IMG/VR virus record: IMGVR_UViG_3300047444_000617
Location: 46,249 to 110,248 of that record
Reading direction: 5' to 3' (one strand)
From: a virus
DNA: 64,000 bases
A model generated the notes under the pieces. The model was not told where the DNA came from and did no database searches. It was given only the letters and a program-made list of their open reading frames with translations. A program made the translations under genes and the position numbers. Below, piece after piece: positions 27,638 to 36,628 of this stretch (positions are counted from its first letter, which is position 1; every line of letters begins with the position of its first letter).

Positions 27638-28161
27638 TGCTCGGCCAGCCTCTTGAAGAGGTCGACGACGCGGGCGGTGAAAGCGGTCGACTTGATCGGC
27701 TTCTGGTGAGACACCAGGATGCCTTCCTCCTGCGCGATGCGGACGATGCCCTCGATCTGCTCGCGGGTGTACAGCCGCCGCCGTCCACGCGGGTCGTCGT
27801 CCCGGCCCGGGGACTGGTACGTGGACTTGGGGATGATCCCCTCGCGCTCCCACTTGCGGATGGTCACCGACTGGCGGCCGAGTGCCTGGGCGAGGTTGCC
27901 GAGGGTGTAGAACTCGGTCTCGACACCGGCCACGACGTACTTGCGGGGCTTGGCATCCCAGCCTCCCCAGTACCCTCCCGGCTGATGGGACTTGGCGTAT
28001 CCGGGGTTAAGCCAAGGTCTTCCCGTGTTGTCGGCCGCTCCATCGGCGGCCTCGGTATGAAGCCGGTTGGGGTGACGGACGATGGGGCGGGTGGAGCCGG
28101 GGTAGAACTGCTCCCCGATCTGCGCGAACTCCTGATCCAGGGCGTCTGCAGAGGCGGTCAT
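27634..28161 (-). CDS. MerR-like HTH DNA-binding protein
   Basis: YTLGNLAQALGRQSVTIRKWEREGIIP...RRLYT. Confidence 0.8.
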   Translation of the reverse strand: MTASADALDQEFAQIGEQFYPGSTRPIVRHPNRLHTEAADGAADNTGRPWLNPGYAKSHQPGGYWGGWDAKPRKYVVAGVETEFYTLGNLAQALGRQSVTIRKWEREGIIPKSTYQSPGRDDDPRGRRRLYTREQIEGIVRIAQEEGILVSHQKPIKSTAFTARVVDLFKRLAEQ

Positions 28162-28171
28162 GTGGTGGGTC

Positions 28172-28552
28172 CTATCCGTAGTGAGTGGCGAGAAGCCAGC
28201 GGGGCTCTCCCTGCTCCGGAGTGATACCGAGGGTCTTCAGGGCCAGGGCCAGGTGCTCGCGGTGCTTGTCGGTGATCTCCGGGATCTCGATCTCCGCGAC
28301 CCAGTTCCTGCTCAGAGACGTTCCGGCGAGCAGAAGGTCTCCGGTGTAGCCCCGGCTGAGATTGCCGTAGGTCTGGAAGTGGACGTTGGGCAGTCCGAGC
28401 ACGTTCTCCAGGTGCTGCTCGGCGGACGTCTTCAGGCCCAGGTCCATGTCGTACCAGGGGAGTTCGTCGATGTCCTCACGGATCTTGTACTCCCCCTCGT
28501 CCCCGCCGAGGTCGTAGCCGTAGCCGAGGCGCGCGTAGGCGTGGGAACCCAT
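28172..28552 (-). CDS. hypothetical protein
   Basis: ORF with good codon bias. Confidence 0.65.
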   Translation of the reverse strand: MGSHAYARLGYGYDLGGDEGEYKIREDIDELPWYDMDLGLKTSAEQHLENVLGLPNVHFQTYGNLSRGYTGDLLLAGTSLSRNWVAEIEIPEITDKHREHLALALKTLGITPEQGEPRWLLATHYG

Positions 28553-28553
28553 G

Positions 28554-29036
28554 TCAGCCCCTGATCGGCTTGAAGGCGAAGGCGACGTCCTCGGTGAACA
28601 GGCCGTCCAGTTCCTCGTCGGACAGGAGCCCCTCCTGGTTGAGCACGTACAACTCCTGCTGGTCCAGGACCTCGGTGGTGACCGGCTTGAAGACGCGGTC
28701 TCGCAGCCCCTTGGCGGTGAGCAGCACGTCGGCGGCCTCCGCGTCCAGGCCGATGGAGACGCGGCGCTCTCGCTTGACCTCGGTGAACTTCTGGCCGTTG
28801 ATCTCGATGGGGGACGGCAGGGTCCAGAACTTGGATCCCTTTTCGTCGACCTCGCCGATGTTGTCGACGTAGACGGAGATCTCGTCGCGCAACTTGTTCT
28901 TGCGGGTGACGATCTGCGTCTCCTGGAACTTCAGCGCCAGGAACTGCCGGGTCTTCTCCATCGGATCGTTCTCGATCTGGAGATTGATGGGCTTCTCAGG
29001 AACCCGGCGGGTGTTGCGGCGTTGGACTGTAGCCAT
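28554..29036 (-). CDS. conserved phage protein
   Basis: AAGGAG RBS; upstream promoter. Confidence 0.7.
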   Translation of the reverse strand: MATVQRRNTRRVPEKPINLQIENDPMEKTRQFLALKFQETQIVTRKNKLRDEISVYVDNIGEVDEKGSKFWTLPSPIEINGQKFTEVKRERRVSIGLDAEAADVLLTAKGLRDRVFKPVTTEVLDQQELYVLNQEGLLSDEELDGLFTEDVAFAFKPIRG

Positions 29037-29083
29037 AGAGCGGATGCTCTCCTTCTACTGGGTGTTGGGCTAGGCAAGTAGTG

Positions 29084-29112
29084 ACTCTACACTACCGTTT
29101 TCGAGTTGTCGA
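29084..29112 (-). promoter_or_regulatory. promoter TCGACA-17-TAGAGT
   Basis: AAACGGTAG operator-like motif in spacer. Confidence 0.6.
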
Positions 29113-29119
29113 TTCTTGG

Positions 29120-29464
29120 TTACCGCTTCTTGTGGGTGCCCTGCTTGGCCGCATACCTCTTGGCGTCACGGTCGGTCTGGTCCCGGCGCACGGCGGTCTC
29201 GACGACGTCCTGGTAGACGGTAACGACACGGTGCTCGGCGGGGTCGACGACGGCCACAAGGTCTCCGCGCACGTGGCGGACCTGTCCGGGAACCCTCGCA
29301 GAGGGGTAGGTATGAAGCGGCTCGTTGGCCGCCAGCAGGACGTCCTTGCTGGTCCACCCCTTGGCGGCGGCCTGCTTCTGTGCGTGGTAGGTCAGTTTGT
29401 AGTTCGGGGCCTCCGCGACGGAGGTGCCCCAGTCGATCCCGAGAGCTTCAGCGATGGTGGTCAT
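29120..29464 (-). CDS. DUF4258-like (BECR/RelE-fold) protein
   Basis: LTYHAQKQAA.KG....DV...LVAVVD....VVTVY. Confidence 0.65.
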   Translation of the reverse strand: MTTIAEALGIDWGTSVAEAPNYKLTYHAQKQAAAKGWTSKDVLLAANEPLHTYPSARVPGQVRHVRGDLVAVVDPAEHRVVTVYQDVVETAVRRDQTDRDAKRYAAKQGTHKKR

Positions 29465-29509
29465 GCGGGCCTCCTGTGTTCGAGCCTTGTTCGAGCGGCT
29501 GATGAGGAG

Positions 29510-29538
29510 ACTTTACGGCCCACCTAGCAGGTCGTCAA
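29510..29538 (-). promoter_or_regulatory. promoter TTGACG-17-TAAAGT
   Basis: followed by CTCATCAGCC as in the 1760 promoter. Confidence 0.7.
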
Positions 29539-29569
29539 TGGATCTGACAAACCTGCTTGCGATATGCGG

Positions 29570-29701
29570 TCACCAGTCGAGAACGGCACCCCTCAGAGCC
29601 AGTCGAATGGGAGCAATGTCCCAATCCTCCTGCTCTTCGGGAGGGCGTATGACATCCTCCAGCCCCTCGCGGAGCAGGACGTCGAGTGGTTCTTCTCGCA
29701 T
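29570..29701 (-). CDS. small acidic protein (43 aa, not in ORF track)
   Basis: MREEPLDVLLREGLEDVIRPPEEQEDWDIAPIRLALRGAVLDW. Confidence 0.4.
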   Translation of the reverse strand: MREEPLDVLLREGLEDVIRPPEEQEDWDIAPIRLALRGAVLDW

Positions 29702-29766
29702 ATCTGCATACTCTCATGCAGTTACCGATTTAGAACCACTCGACGTCCCGGGTGAGATCCTGGAAG

Positions 29767-31410
29767 TTACGCCGCTTCCAGCGCCTGCGTGAGGGAGACC
29801 AGGTCGTTGTCGATGCGGCCGTTGTCGTCGGCGCCTCGGCCGTCGGTGATGGCCGACCCCACCCGGCGCTTGTGCGCGAGCATGGCCAGCTTGCGCGGCT
29901 CGGTGGTGGCCGCCGTGATGGCGTTGAGGATGTAGATGTCCTTGAACTCACTGCTCGCGCGGTTGTGCCGGGCGTTGATCTGATCCTGCTTCCCGGACGA
30001 CCAGGCGAGGTCGTAGTTGATCAGGTAGTTGGCCATGTACAGGTCGGTGCCGAACGCCCCGGCGTGGCTGGACAGGAAGACACGACACTGTCCATCGGTC
30101 TCGAACCTCTGGGCGGCATAGGCCTTGGCTGCCGAGGACATGCGGCCGGTGTATGTAACCGCGCAGCCATCAGGCAGCCGGTCGGCCAGCAGGTCGAGCA
30201 TGTCGGGGTTGACCGAGAAGATGATCACCTTGTTGCCGGGGACCGCGAGGATGTCCTCGACCGCAGAGACCACCGCGTCCAACTTCGGGGTCGTGGTGAC
30301 CGCATCCAGTACTCCCGACTGCCACACCTCGTAGGCGTACTTCGATCCCGGCCAGGTCTTCTTCTGCACCCCCGACTGCCTCGACTCCTGGCTCTCCTCG
30401 TAGCGCTGCCCGGACCGCACGATGAGGTCCGGGTGGTTGAGCAGCATGTCCAGCGCCTGCATCCGCGCCATGATCTTTCCCTTCTGACTGTTCTCGTTCG
30501 GGGTGTCCCCTCCGTGGTAGTGGGCGAACAGGTCGAACGACTCCGTGTTGGGGCCGAGCGCGCGCAGCTCGGAGAGCAGTTCGGTGGAGATGTGCTTGTA
30601 GGCCTTGCGGGTGTGGGTGTCCAGCACGACCGGGATGACGCTCTCCTGTACGCGGGGCAGGAACGGCTTGACGTCCGGGTCCAGGCGCGTCTTCCGCACC
30701 ATGACGTCGGCCAGCTTGGCGTGAAGGAGTGGCAGGTTCCGGTACTGCTGCACACCGCCGAAGCGGTTGCGGACGATGTAGGTCTTGTCGAACAGGTCGA
30801 AGCGCCCCAGCACCTCGTCGTCCACCCACTGCATGATCGAGAACAGTTCCTCGGGTTTGCCGTTCTCCACCGGGGTGCCAGTCAGTCCGAAGCGGAACGG
30901 GGCCGTCAGCCGCTTGATCTTCCGCGTGCGCTGCGCCCGGAAGGTTTTGATCGCGGTGCACTCGTCCAGGACGATGCACTCCGGCTTGATGCGGCGGACG
31001 AAGTTCCAGTCGTTGACGACGTTCTCGTAGCCCAAGATGACGTAATCGGGCCGGTACGTCTTCACCTTGACGTACTGGGCGGCCCGCTTCTTGGCGTCAC
31101 CGTCGATCAGTACGCAGTAGTCCTCCGTCGGGACGGTGATCTCCTGCACCATCCCGTCCTCGCGCACCTTGACCGAGCGGGTGGCCACGTCGGTGAGGCG
31201 GGCGATGGACTTGGCCCACTGGTACTTGAGGTTGGCCGGGACGACGATCACCGTCGTCTCGACCTCCTCCCGCTCGATCAACTCCTCGATCGCAGCCAGG
31301 GCGATGACCGTCTTGCCCAGGCCCATCTCGTAGGCGATCAGGAGGGAGCCGCGCTGCACCGCACGGTCCACGGCCTCCTCCTGGTAGGTATGAAGGTCGA
31401 CGGTCAGCAC
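29767..31410 (-). CDS. SNF2-family DEXD helicase
   Basis: Q motif, EMGLGKT, LDEC, LTGTP, helicase C motifs; GTG start 31410. Confidence 0.9.
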   Translation of the reverse strand: MLTVDLHTYQEEAVDRAVQRGSLLIAYEMGLGKTVIALAAIEELIEREEVETTVIVVPANLKYQWAKSIARLTDVATRSVKVREDGMVQEITVPTEDYCVLIDGDAKKRAAQYVKVKTYRPDYVILGYENVVNDWNFVRRIKPECIVLDECTAIKTFRAQRTRKIKRLTAPFRFGLTGTPVENGKPEELFSIMQWVDDEVLGRFDLFDKTYIVRNRFGGVQQYRNLPLLHAKLADVMVRKTRLDPDVKPFLPRVQESVIPVVLDTHTRKAYKHISTELLSELRALGPNTESFDLFAHYHGGDTPNENSQKGKIMARMQALDMLLNHPDLIVRSGQRYEESQESRQSGVQKKTWPGSKYAYEVWQSGVLDAVTTTPKLDAVVSAVEDILAVPGNKVIIFSVNPDMLDLLADRLPDGCAVTYTGRMSSAAKAYAAQRFETDGQCRVFLSSHAGAFGTDLYMANYLINYDLAWSSGKQDQINARHNRASSEFKDIYILNAITAATTEPRKLAMLAHKRRVGSAITDGRGADDNGRIDNDLVSLTQALEAA

Positions 31411-31703
31411 TGGGAGTACTGCCGATCGAACTGCGACGAGGTCTTGACCCTGGGTGCGTACACGGCACGCGGGGTGTACTTGCCCTCGGCTATGTGGTCG
31501 GGGTTGACGCACTTGGCCCTGTAGCAGGAGCGGTGGCGCTGCGCGGCGGCTCCCGAGCCGACGAGGTAGGACAGCAGCGTCTTGCCCTTGTAGGAGGGAC
31601 TGAGGGACTTGGTCTGGTAGATGAGGCAGGAGGAGTCCGGGTCGGGTTCGACGCGGTCCCAGAAGAGCGCGTCCAGGTGCTCGTAGCCTTCGGGGGCGTT
31701 CAT
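31404..31703 (-). CDS. degenerate HNH endonuclease-like protein
   Basis: FWDRV....SCLIY...HRSC...CVNPDHI. Confidence 0.55.
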   Translation of the reverse strand: MNAPEGYEHLDALFWDRVEPDPDSSCLIYQTKSLSPSYKGKTLLSYLVGSGAAAQRHRSCYRAKCVNPDHIAEGKYTPRAVYAPRVKTSSQFDRQYSQC

Positions 31704-32671
31704 GAAAACCTCGCTATGACGGATGGGTAGGAGTTGCGCACGGCGAAGACGACCTCGGCGTCGGTCATGTCGCCGGGGTCCTTGGCGGAGGTGCCGGAGT
31801 AGTCCAGGAACTTCAGGGCCAGGCCCCGCCGGGACCACTCCTGCCGCAGCCGCTCGGAGTGCTTGGCGCCGTCCACGTCGTTGTCGAGCGCGACGATCAA
31901 CGTGTCGAAGTGGTCGCGGATCAGGGACATCTGCGCGTCGGAGACGCCCGCGCCGAAGGACGACAGGCCCGCTGGGAATCCGGCCGCGCGCAGCCGCACG
32001 ACGTCCAGAGGGGACTCGACGAGGATCGCCGTGTCGCCCTCGTAGGTATGAAGCCCGAACAGCGTCTTGGACTTGGTCATGGAGTTGGGACGGTTGCGGA
32101 AGTAGCGGGCGTTCTTCTCCTGCCAGCCCCACAGCACGCCGGTGTCGGGGTCACGGACGGGAACGATCCACATCTCCCGGTCGGTGTCCCACAGCACCCC
32201 GCAGACGTCGGCATCCTCGGGGGTGAAGTGCCGCTTGGCACACTCCTCCTCCGGCGGGGTCACCCACAGAGCCAGCGAGGCCTCGTTGATCTGCGTGGTG
32301 GTGTCGACCTTGGTGGGGTCGACCGACTTCTTGGCCAGGAACTTCTTGACCCGCTCGATTCCTCCGCGCTTGCGCACCCACGCGACAGCATCCGCGTACG
32401 GAATTTCGAGGACGTCTTTCACCAGAATCACGAACACACCGTGGTATCCGCAGGAAAAGCAGTTGAACTGACCGACCCCGGAATGCACGGAGAACGACGG
32501 GTGCTTGTCCGCCTTTCCTGTCCGCGCCTCGTGCATGGGGCAGGGCATGTGGAGTTCTTCGCCGTACTCCTTGAACTCCAGTCCGAGTTCGTCGAGGCAG
32601 GCCGCGACGTTACCAGGGACGGGCGCACTTCCTGCGGCATCCCACCCACTTCGCTTTACTTTCCGCATCAC
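31700..32671 (-). CDS. DNA primase (CHC2 zinc finger + TOPRIM)
   Basis: CPMH...PSFSV...CFSC; LVESPLD; ALDNDVDG. Confidence 0.9.
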   Translation of the reverse strand: MMRKVKRSGWDAAGSAPVPGNVAACLDELGLEFKEYGEELHMPCPMHEARTGKADKHPSFSVHSGVGQFNCFSCGYHGVFVILVKDVLEIPYADAVAWVRKRGGIERVKKFLAKKSVDPTKVDTTTQINEASLALWVTPPEEECAKRHFTPEDADVCGVLWDTDREMWIVPVRDPDTGVLWGWQEKNARYFRNRPNSMTKSKTLFGLHTYEGDTAILVESPLDVVRLRAAGFPAGLSSFGAGVSDAQMSLIRDHFDTLIVALDNDVDGAKHSERLRQEWSRRGLALKFLDYSGTSAKDPGDMTDAEVVFAVRNSYPSVIARFS

Positions 32672-32910
32672 TGCCTCCCTTCCAGATATCGGAGATACAC
32701 ACTCATCTCGGGCCCGCGAGGGTTCATGTAGTAGGTGCCGTAGCGGACGACGTGCACCTTTCCCAGCCCCCGGATGTGTCGCGGTTCGGTCGCGAATACC
32801 AGATTCCGGTCACGGGGATTCCTGTCGTTCTCCCGGCACCAGAACTGGAACTCCCGGTAGTTGCCCGCGAGGACGACAGTCTTTACGTCAGAAGCCTCCC
32901 TGCCAGCCAT
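32668..32910 (-). CDS. hypothetical protein
   Basis: short ORF between dnaB and primase. Confidence 0.55.
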   Translation of the reverse strand: MAGREASDVKTVVLAGNYREFQFWCRENDRNPRDRNLVFATEPRHIRGLGKVHVVRYGTYYMNPRGPEMSVYLRYLEGRQ

Positions 32911-34156
32911 CGGTGTTCTCCTCCTTGGCGTCGGCGAAGGGGTCCTCGTTCAGTTCCTCGAACTTCCCCGTCTCCCAGTCCCATTGGCAGTACGTCTCCA
33001 GGGGCGGGCAGTTTCGGGCCAGGACGACCTTGATCTTGTTGATGTTCTCGTCGTCGGTTCGCTCGACGCCGAGAATCACGTCGGAGTCCTGGGCGAATGA
33101 GGAGGAGTACCCGATGGAGTCGGAGGTGATCCCCTTCTTCTTGTTCATCTTCCATTCCAGGACCTGCGTGGAAATGACCATGGGGATCTGCAGGTTCTTC
33201 GCCATGCGCTTGAATCCCCGGGTGAGATTGGTGAGCGCCTGACTGGATCCCTGGGCCTCTCCGAGTTCGTCCTGCATCATGTAGATGCCGTCCACGAATA
33301 CGATCGTCGGCCGGATGGTGTCGATCTTCGACTGCACACCGGTCAGCGTCGTGGCATTCATGGAGTCCGAGGAGAGGAAGAAGGAGGGCATTGCCTCCAA
33401 TTCCCGCAGGGCCTTTTCGAGTTTGTCCCACTCGGTCTTCTTGAGGGTGCCGTTCCGCAGCCGGGCGTGGGAGATCCCCGCGCGGATCGCGTCGAACCTC
33501 TCCTCCTGCTCCTCGTTGCTCATCTCGAAGCCGACGAACAGCGGGCGCTCGCCGAACAGGTGCGCTGCCATGGCAGCCAGCAGCAGCAGGGTCGACTTAC
33601 CGGCCTTCGGGGGACCGACGAAGGTGACCAGTTGCTCCTTCTGGAGGCCCTGGGTGGCCCTGTCGATCGTCGAGAAGCCGGTGGGGATGCCCCGGAGCCC
33701 GTCGGGCAGGTCCTTCAGCGACAGGTACCGTGCAAGGCGTTCCTGGCCGGTCTCCGTCAGGTCGGTGTCCCGGGAGTTGGGCACGGCCGAGGCGATGTTG
33801 GCCAGCGTGCGCGACAGCGCCTCGATGGCGGCGTTGGCGTTGTTCTCCTCGTGTGCGTCGACCGAAGCGGCCAGGCCCTCTTCCAGGAGGGCCAAAGTAT
33901 GAAGTTCCCGCAGCCGGTCGGTGAGGACCTGCATGGGGTCCTCGACCTTGACGAACTTGTAGGTCGGGAAGTCGGTCTTGATGGTGGCCAGCGAGGGCAC
34001 CTGGCCGTAGGTGCCCTTGTGCCGCAGGATCGCCTTGAAGACGGCCCTGTTGTCCGCGTCCTGGAAGAAGTCAGGCGTCACGCCTGCATCCGCGACTTCT
34101 GACAGGTCCTTGTCCTGGATGACGCGGGAGACGAGCAGCCGCTCGAAGTCCGCCAC
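32888..34156 (-). CDS. dnaB: DnaB-like replicative helicase
   Basis: GIPTGF..ID, GPPKAGKS, FEMS, FVDG, STQ, QDSD; GTG start 34156. Confidence 0.92.
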   Translation of the reverse strand: MADFERLLVSRVIQDKDLSEVADAGVTPDFFQDADNRAVFKAILRHKGTYGQVPSLATIKTDFPTYKFVKVEDPMQVLTDRLRELHTLALLEEGLAASVDAHEENNANAAIEALSRTLANIASAVPNSRDTDLTETGQERLARYLSLKDLPDGLRGIPTGFSTIDRATQGLQKEQLVTFVGPPKAGKSTLLLLAAMAAHLFGERPLFVGFEMSNEEQEERFDAIRAGISHARLRNGTLKKTEWDKLEKALRELEAMPSFFLSSDSMNATTLTGVQSKIDTIRPTIVFVDGIYMMQDELGEAQGSSQALTNLTRGFKRMAKNLQIPMVISTQVLEWKMNKKKGITSDSIGYSSSFAQDSDVILGVERTDDENINKIKVVLARNCPPLETYCQWDWETGKFEELNEDPFADAKEENTDGWQGGF

Positions 34157-34599
34157 TACAGTGCTCCGATCAAGGTGGTGGGGACAGCCGGGAGCATGCG
34201 CCCCTTGCTGCCGTAGATCAGGTGGTGTTCGTTGTCGTAGACGGCGGCCACGTCCGGCATGAGAGCCAGGCGGCGGGCCAAGCGCTGGGGGTTGTCCGCC
34301 CACACGCGGCCGACAGGAAGGCCCTCGACGTCCAGGCGCCACTCCACTGCCTCAGCGAAGTCCTCACCGAGGTAGGTGATGACGTCGACCGAGTAGCGGT
34401 AGCGCCAGACGGTGTCCCAGATGACCCGGGCCAGTGGCTCGTTGATCTCGTAGGCCTTGACCGCGCGCTTCCACTGGCGGGCCTTGCGGGCGAGTGATTC
34501 GCCAGCTCGTGCGCGCGGCGTGGGCAGAAGGCCCAGCAGTCCCTCGTAGACCAGGACCAGGCGAGGGGAGACTTCGTTGCTGATGTCCCCGCCCTGCAT
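34156..34599 (-). CDS. HAD-fold protein with degenerate motif I
   Basis: LVLVYEGLLG; VDVIT; resembles the 6579-7073 protein. Confidence 0.5.
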   Translation of the reverse strand: MQGGDISNEVSPRLVLVYEGLLGLLPTPRARAGESLARKARQWKRAVKAYEINEPLARVIWDTVWRYRYSVDVITYLGEDFAEAVEWRLDVEGLPVGRVWADNPQRLARRLALMPDVAAVYDNEHHLIYGSKGRMLPAVPTTLIGAL

Positions 34600-34658
34600 C
34601 AGGTGCGCTCCGCCGTCGTGCGGAGCCGGGTATGAAGCGCGCGTTGCTCATGCGGCAC
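34599..34658 (-). CDS. 19-aa mini-ORF MPHEQRALHTRLRTTAERT
   Basis: GGAGGAG RBS 6 nt before GTG; TGATG overlap with next gene; CTTCATAC in LHT frame. Confidence 0.55.
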   Translation of the reverse strand: MPHEQRALHTRLRTTAERT

Positions 34659-35307
34659 GGCGGTCTCCTCCGACAACCTTCAGGTGCGTGAAGGCCCCCT
34701 GGATGAAGGAGCCCATGGAAGGGTTGTAGATGTCGCCCCACTTGACCGGCGGGACGTTGGAGGTGACCAGGGTCGGCCGGGCCTCGCGGTGTCGCAGGCG
34801 CAGCAGGTCGTCCAGCAGTCCCTCGGCGTAGCCGGTCTTGGTCTTGTGCTCCTTGCCGACGTCGTCGAGCAGCAGGACGGGTGCCTTCTCGGCCGAGACG
34901 ATCTGGTCCTGCACGGCCCACCAGCGGGCCACGGCCTCGGGCTCCTTGCGGTCCTGCAGGGTCATCCGCTCGATGTTCAACTTCACGTAGTCGGAGTAGG
35001 CCAGCCAGGCGACCGGCAGGCGGCGCTCGAAGTAGACGTCCATCAGCGTGGAGGTGGCCAGGGTGGTCTTTCCGGTTCCGGGAGGACCGACGACCAGCAG
35101 GCCCTTGCCGATCTGGGACCAGTCGGCCGGGTACTGGTCGATGGGCCGCTTGTCGGTGACGTAGTGGTCCTGGAGGTTGTCGACGAACTTCTGGCAGATC
35201 TCCTTGTGGGGAGAGTCCGCCAACGTATGAAGCCGCAGGTGTCGGTAGTGCGGTGGGATTCCGTACTCCTTCAGCCGGAGCGCGTGGACCCGGGGGTCGG
35301 TCGCCAT
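34648..35307 (-). CDS. DnaC/IstB-like helicase loader
   Basis: GIP..Y, GPPGTGKT, LLLDDVGKE, PTLVTSN, GGDRR. Confidence 0.88.
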   Translation of the reverse strand: MATDPRVHALRLKEYGIPPHYRHLRLHTLADSPHKEICQKFVDNLQDHYVTDKRPIDQYPADWSQIGKGLLVVGPPGTGKTTLATSTLMDVYFERRLPVAWLAYSDYVKLNIERMTLQDRKEPEAVARWWAVQDQIVSAEKAPVLLLDDVGKEHKTKTGYAEGLLDDLLRLRHREARPTLVTSNVPPVKWGDIYNPSMGSFIQGAFTHLKVVGGDRRAA

Positions 35308-35342
35308 GTGCGGGGTACCTCCTGTGGTGGGTGGACGATGAG

Positions 35343-35364
35343 CAGGCTAACACAGTTACCGTTT
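35343..35364 (-). promoter_or_regulatory. extended -10 promoter TGtTAGCCT with AAACGGTAA operator-like site
   Basis: followed by CTCATC like the other promoters. Confidence 0.55.
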
Positions 35365-35428
35365 CCTGAATACCTGCTGAAAATGCGTAAGGGGCGAGCC
35401 GCGCAAGCAGCCCGCCCCTCCGGGTCGG

Positions 35429-36469
35429 TCAGGTCCAGTAGTCCTCGTTGTACCTGTTGGCCTCCACCTGATCGGCAGCGTCCGACTTGCCGCGACGCTG
35501 GGTCAGCAGTCCCCTGGCGGCCAGGAAATCCCTCCAGGCGGGGACGTTCTCCGATCGCTGCCAGGAAGGCGACCAGTAGGTGATGATCATCTTGGTGATC
35601 TCCTCCTTCGTGGTGCCCTCCCGCATCCACCGGCCGAAGTTCCCGGACAACGCTCCGAAGTTGACAGCCCCTGGCACCGGATGGCCGACCTCCTGAGCCC
35701 GCTTTTCGAAGAAGGAGGCCAGTACCTCTGACGGCCTCGTAGACCGCCTCTCACGACGTTGGCGGACCGGAGGGGCCAGGTCTCCGTCCGAAGCCGGGAG
35801 ATCGCCGTACAGGGTGAACGACGGGGTGTTCTCTTCGAGAGACTGAGCCACCACATACGCCGGGTCCAGTTCCCTCTCCGCCTGGGCGGCTTCCTCGGCC
35901 TCCTGCCTCCGGGTCTTCTTCCGGCCGCCCTTGCGCGGAGCGCGTACCGCATCCCAGCCCTTGCCACCCGGCCTCGGGAGGGCCTCCTCAGCATGGTCGG
36001 GATCTGACCGCGCCGACCGGCGCGGTGGAAGAGACGTAGTCTCTTCTATTTCTCCTACTACTAGTTGGTTACTAGGGTTGGGTGAAAAATCTGCAGGGTG
36101 CAGATTCTGCAGGGTGGGATTGTCCGGGTTTGCATCATGCAGATTCTGCATGTCAACTACCTGCGGGACCGGCTCTTCCACCCACTCCGAAACGGGACGA
36201 ATCCGGCGCACGACGGAGGCGTAGAGAGCCGCTTCCGGGGGTGCCTTCTCCTTCGGGACGGACTCGATGATGCCCCGCTCTTCCAGGCTCTTCAGGCAGG
36301 CGTAGACGCCACGCTCGGACATGCGGGTGCGCTTGGCCAGGGTCTTGACGGACTCCCACATCATGCGGTGGTCGTCTCCGGCCGCGTCAGCGATACGCAG
36401 CAGGACCAGCAGGTCACCCTTGCCCACAGGCGCGTACTGCCAGACCTCGGACATGATCAGGATGCTCAA
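35429..36469 (-). CDS. replication initiator (N-terminal winged HTH)
   Basis: MSEVW...LVLLRIADAA...W.SVKTLAKRTRMSERGV...LKSLEERGII; precedes DnaC/DnaB. Confidence 0.8.
   Translation of the reverse strand: MSILIMSEVWQYAPVGKGDLLVLLRIADAAGDDHRMMWESVKTLAKRTRMSERGVYACLKSLEERGIIESVPKEKAPPEAALYASVVRRIRPVSEWVEEPVPQVVDMQNLHDANPDNPTLQNLHPADFSPNPSNQLVVGEIEETTSLPPRRSARSDPDHAEEALPRPGGKGWDAVRAPRKGGRKKTRRQEAEEAAQAERELDPAYVVAQSLEENTPSFTLYGDLPASDGDLAPPVRQRRERRSTRPSEVLASFFEKRAQEVGHPVPGAVNFGALSGNFGRWMREGTTKEEITKMIITYWSPSWQRSENVPAWRDFLAARGLLTQRRGKSDAADQVEANRYNEDYWT
36040..36150. repeat. putative replication origin: palindromic iterons plus AT-richer tract inside the initiator gene
   Basis: TGCAGATTCTGCA at 36099-36111 and 36138-36150; degenerate copies at 36083 and about 36122. 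Confidence 0.55.
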
Positions 36470-36513
36470 TTGCCCGCCCTGCCAAGGCGGTAAGTATGAA
36501 GCGGTAGCGGCAT
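36466..36513 (-). CDS. 15-aa leader mini-ORF MPLPLHTYRLGRAGN coupled to the initiator
   Basis: TGA overlaps TTG start (TTGA); CTTCATAC in LHT frame. Confidence 0.5.
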   Translation of the reverse strand: MPLPLHTYRLGRAGN

Positions 36514-36563
36514 GATATGGTCTCTCTCATCTCGGGGTTTGTGGTGGGCCTCCGGGTGTGGTG

Positions 36564-36624
36564 GCCAAAGGCCCCCGGCAGTGAATTGAGGTCTCGAACC
36601 TCTTCAATGCCGGGGGCCTTTGGC
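36564..36624. terminator. long hairpin (17-bp perfect outer stem), possibly bidirectional terminator
   Basis: GCCAAAGGCCCCCGGCA / TGCCGGGGGCCTTTGGC with an inner stem. Confidence 0.75.
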
Positions 36625-36628
36625 GTTT

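Noticed and set aside
20070-34156. Inteins or introns in RecA, NrdJ, PolA, DnaB
   Set aside because: Proteins are of normal length with contiguous motifs; no splice signatures seen
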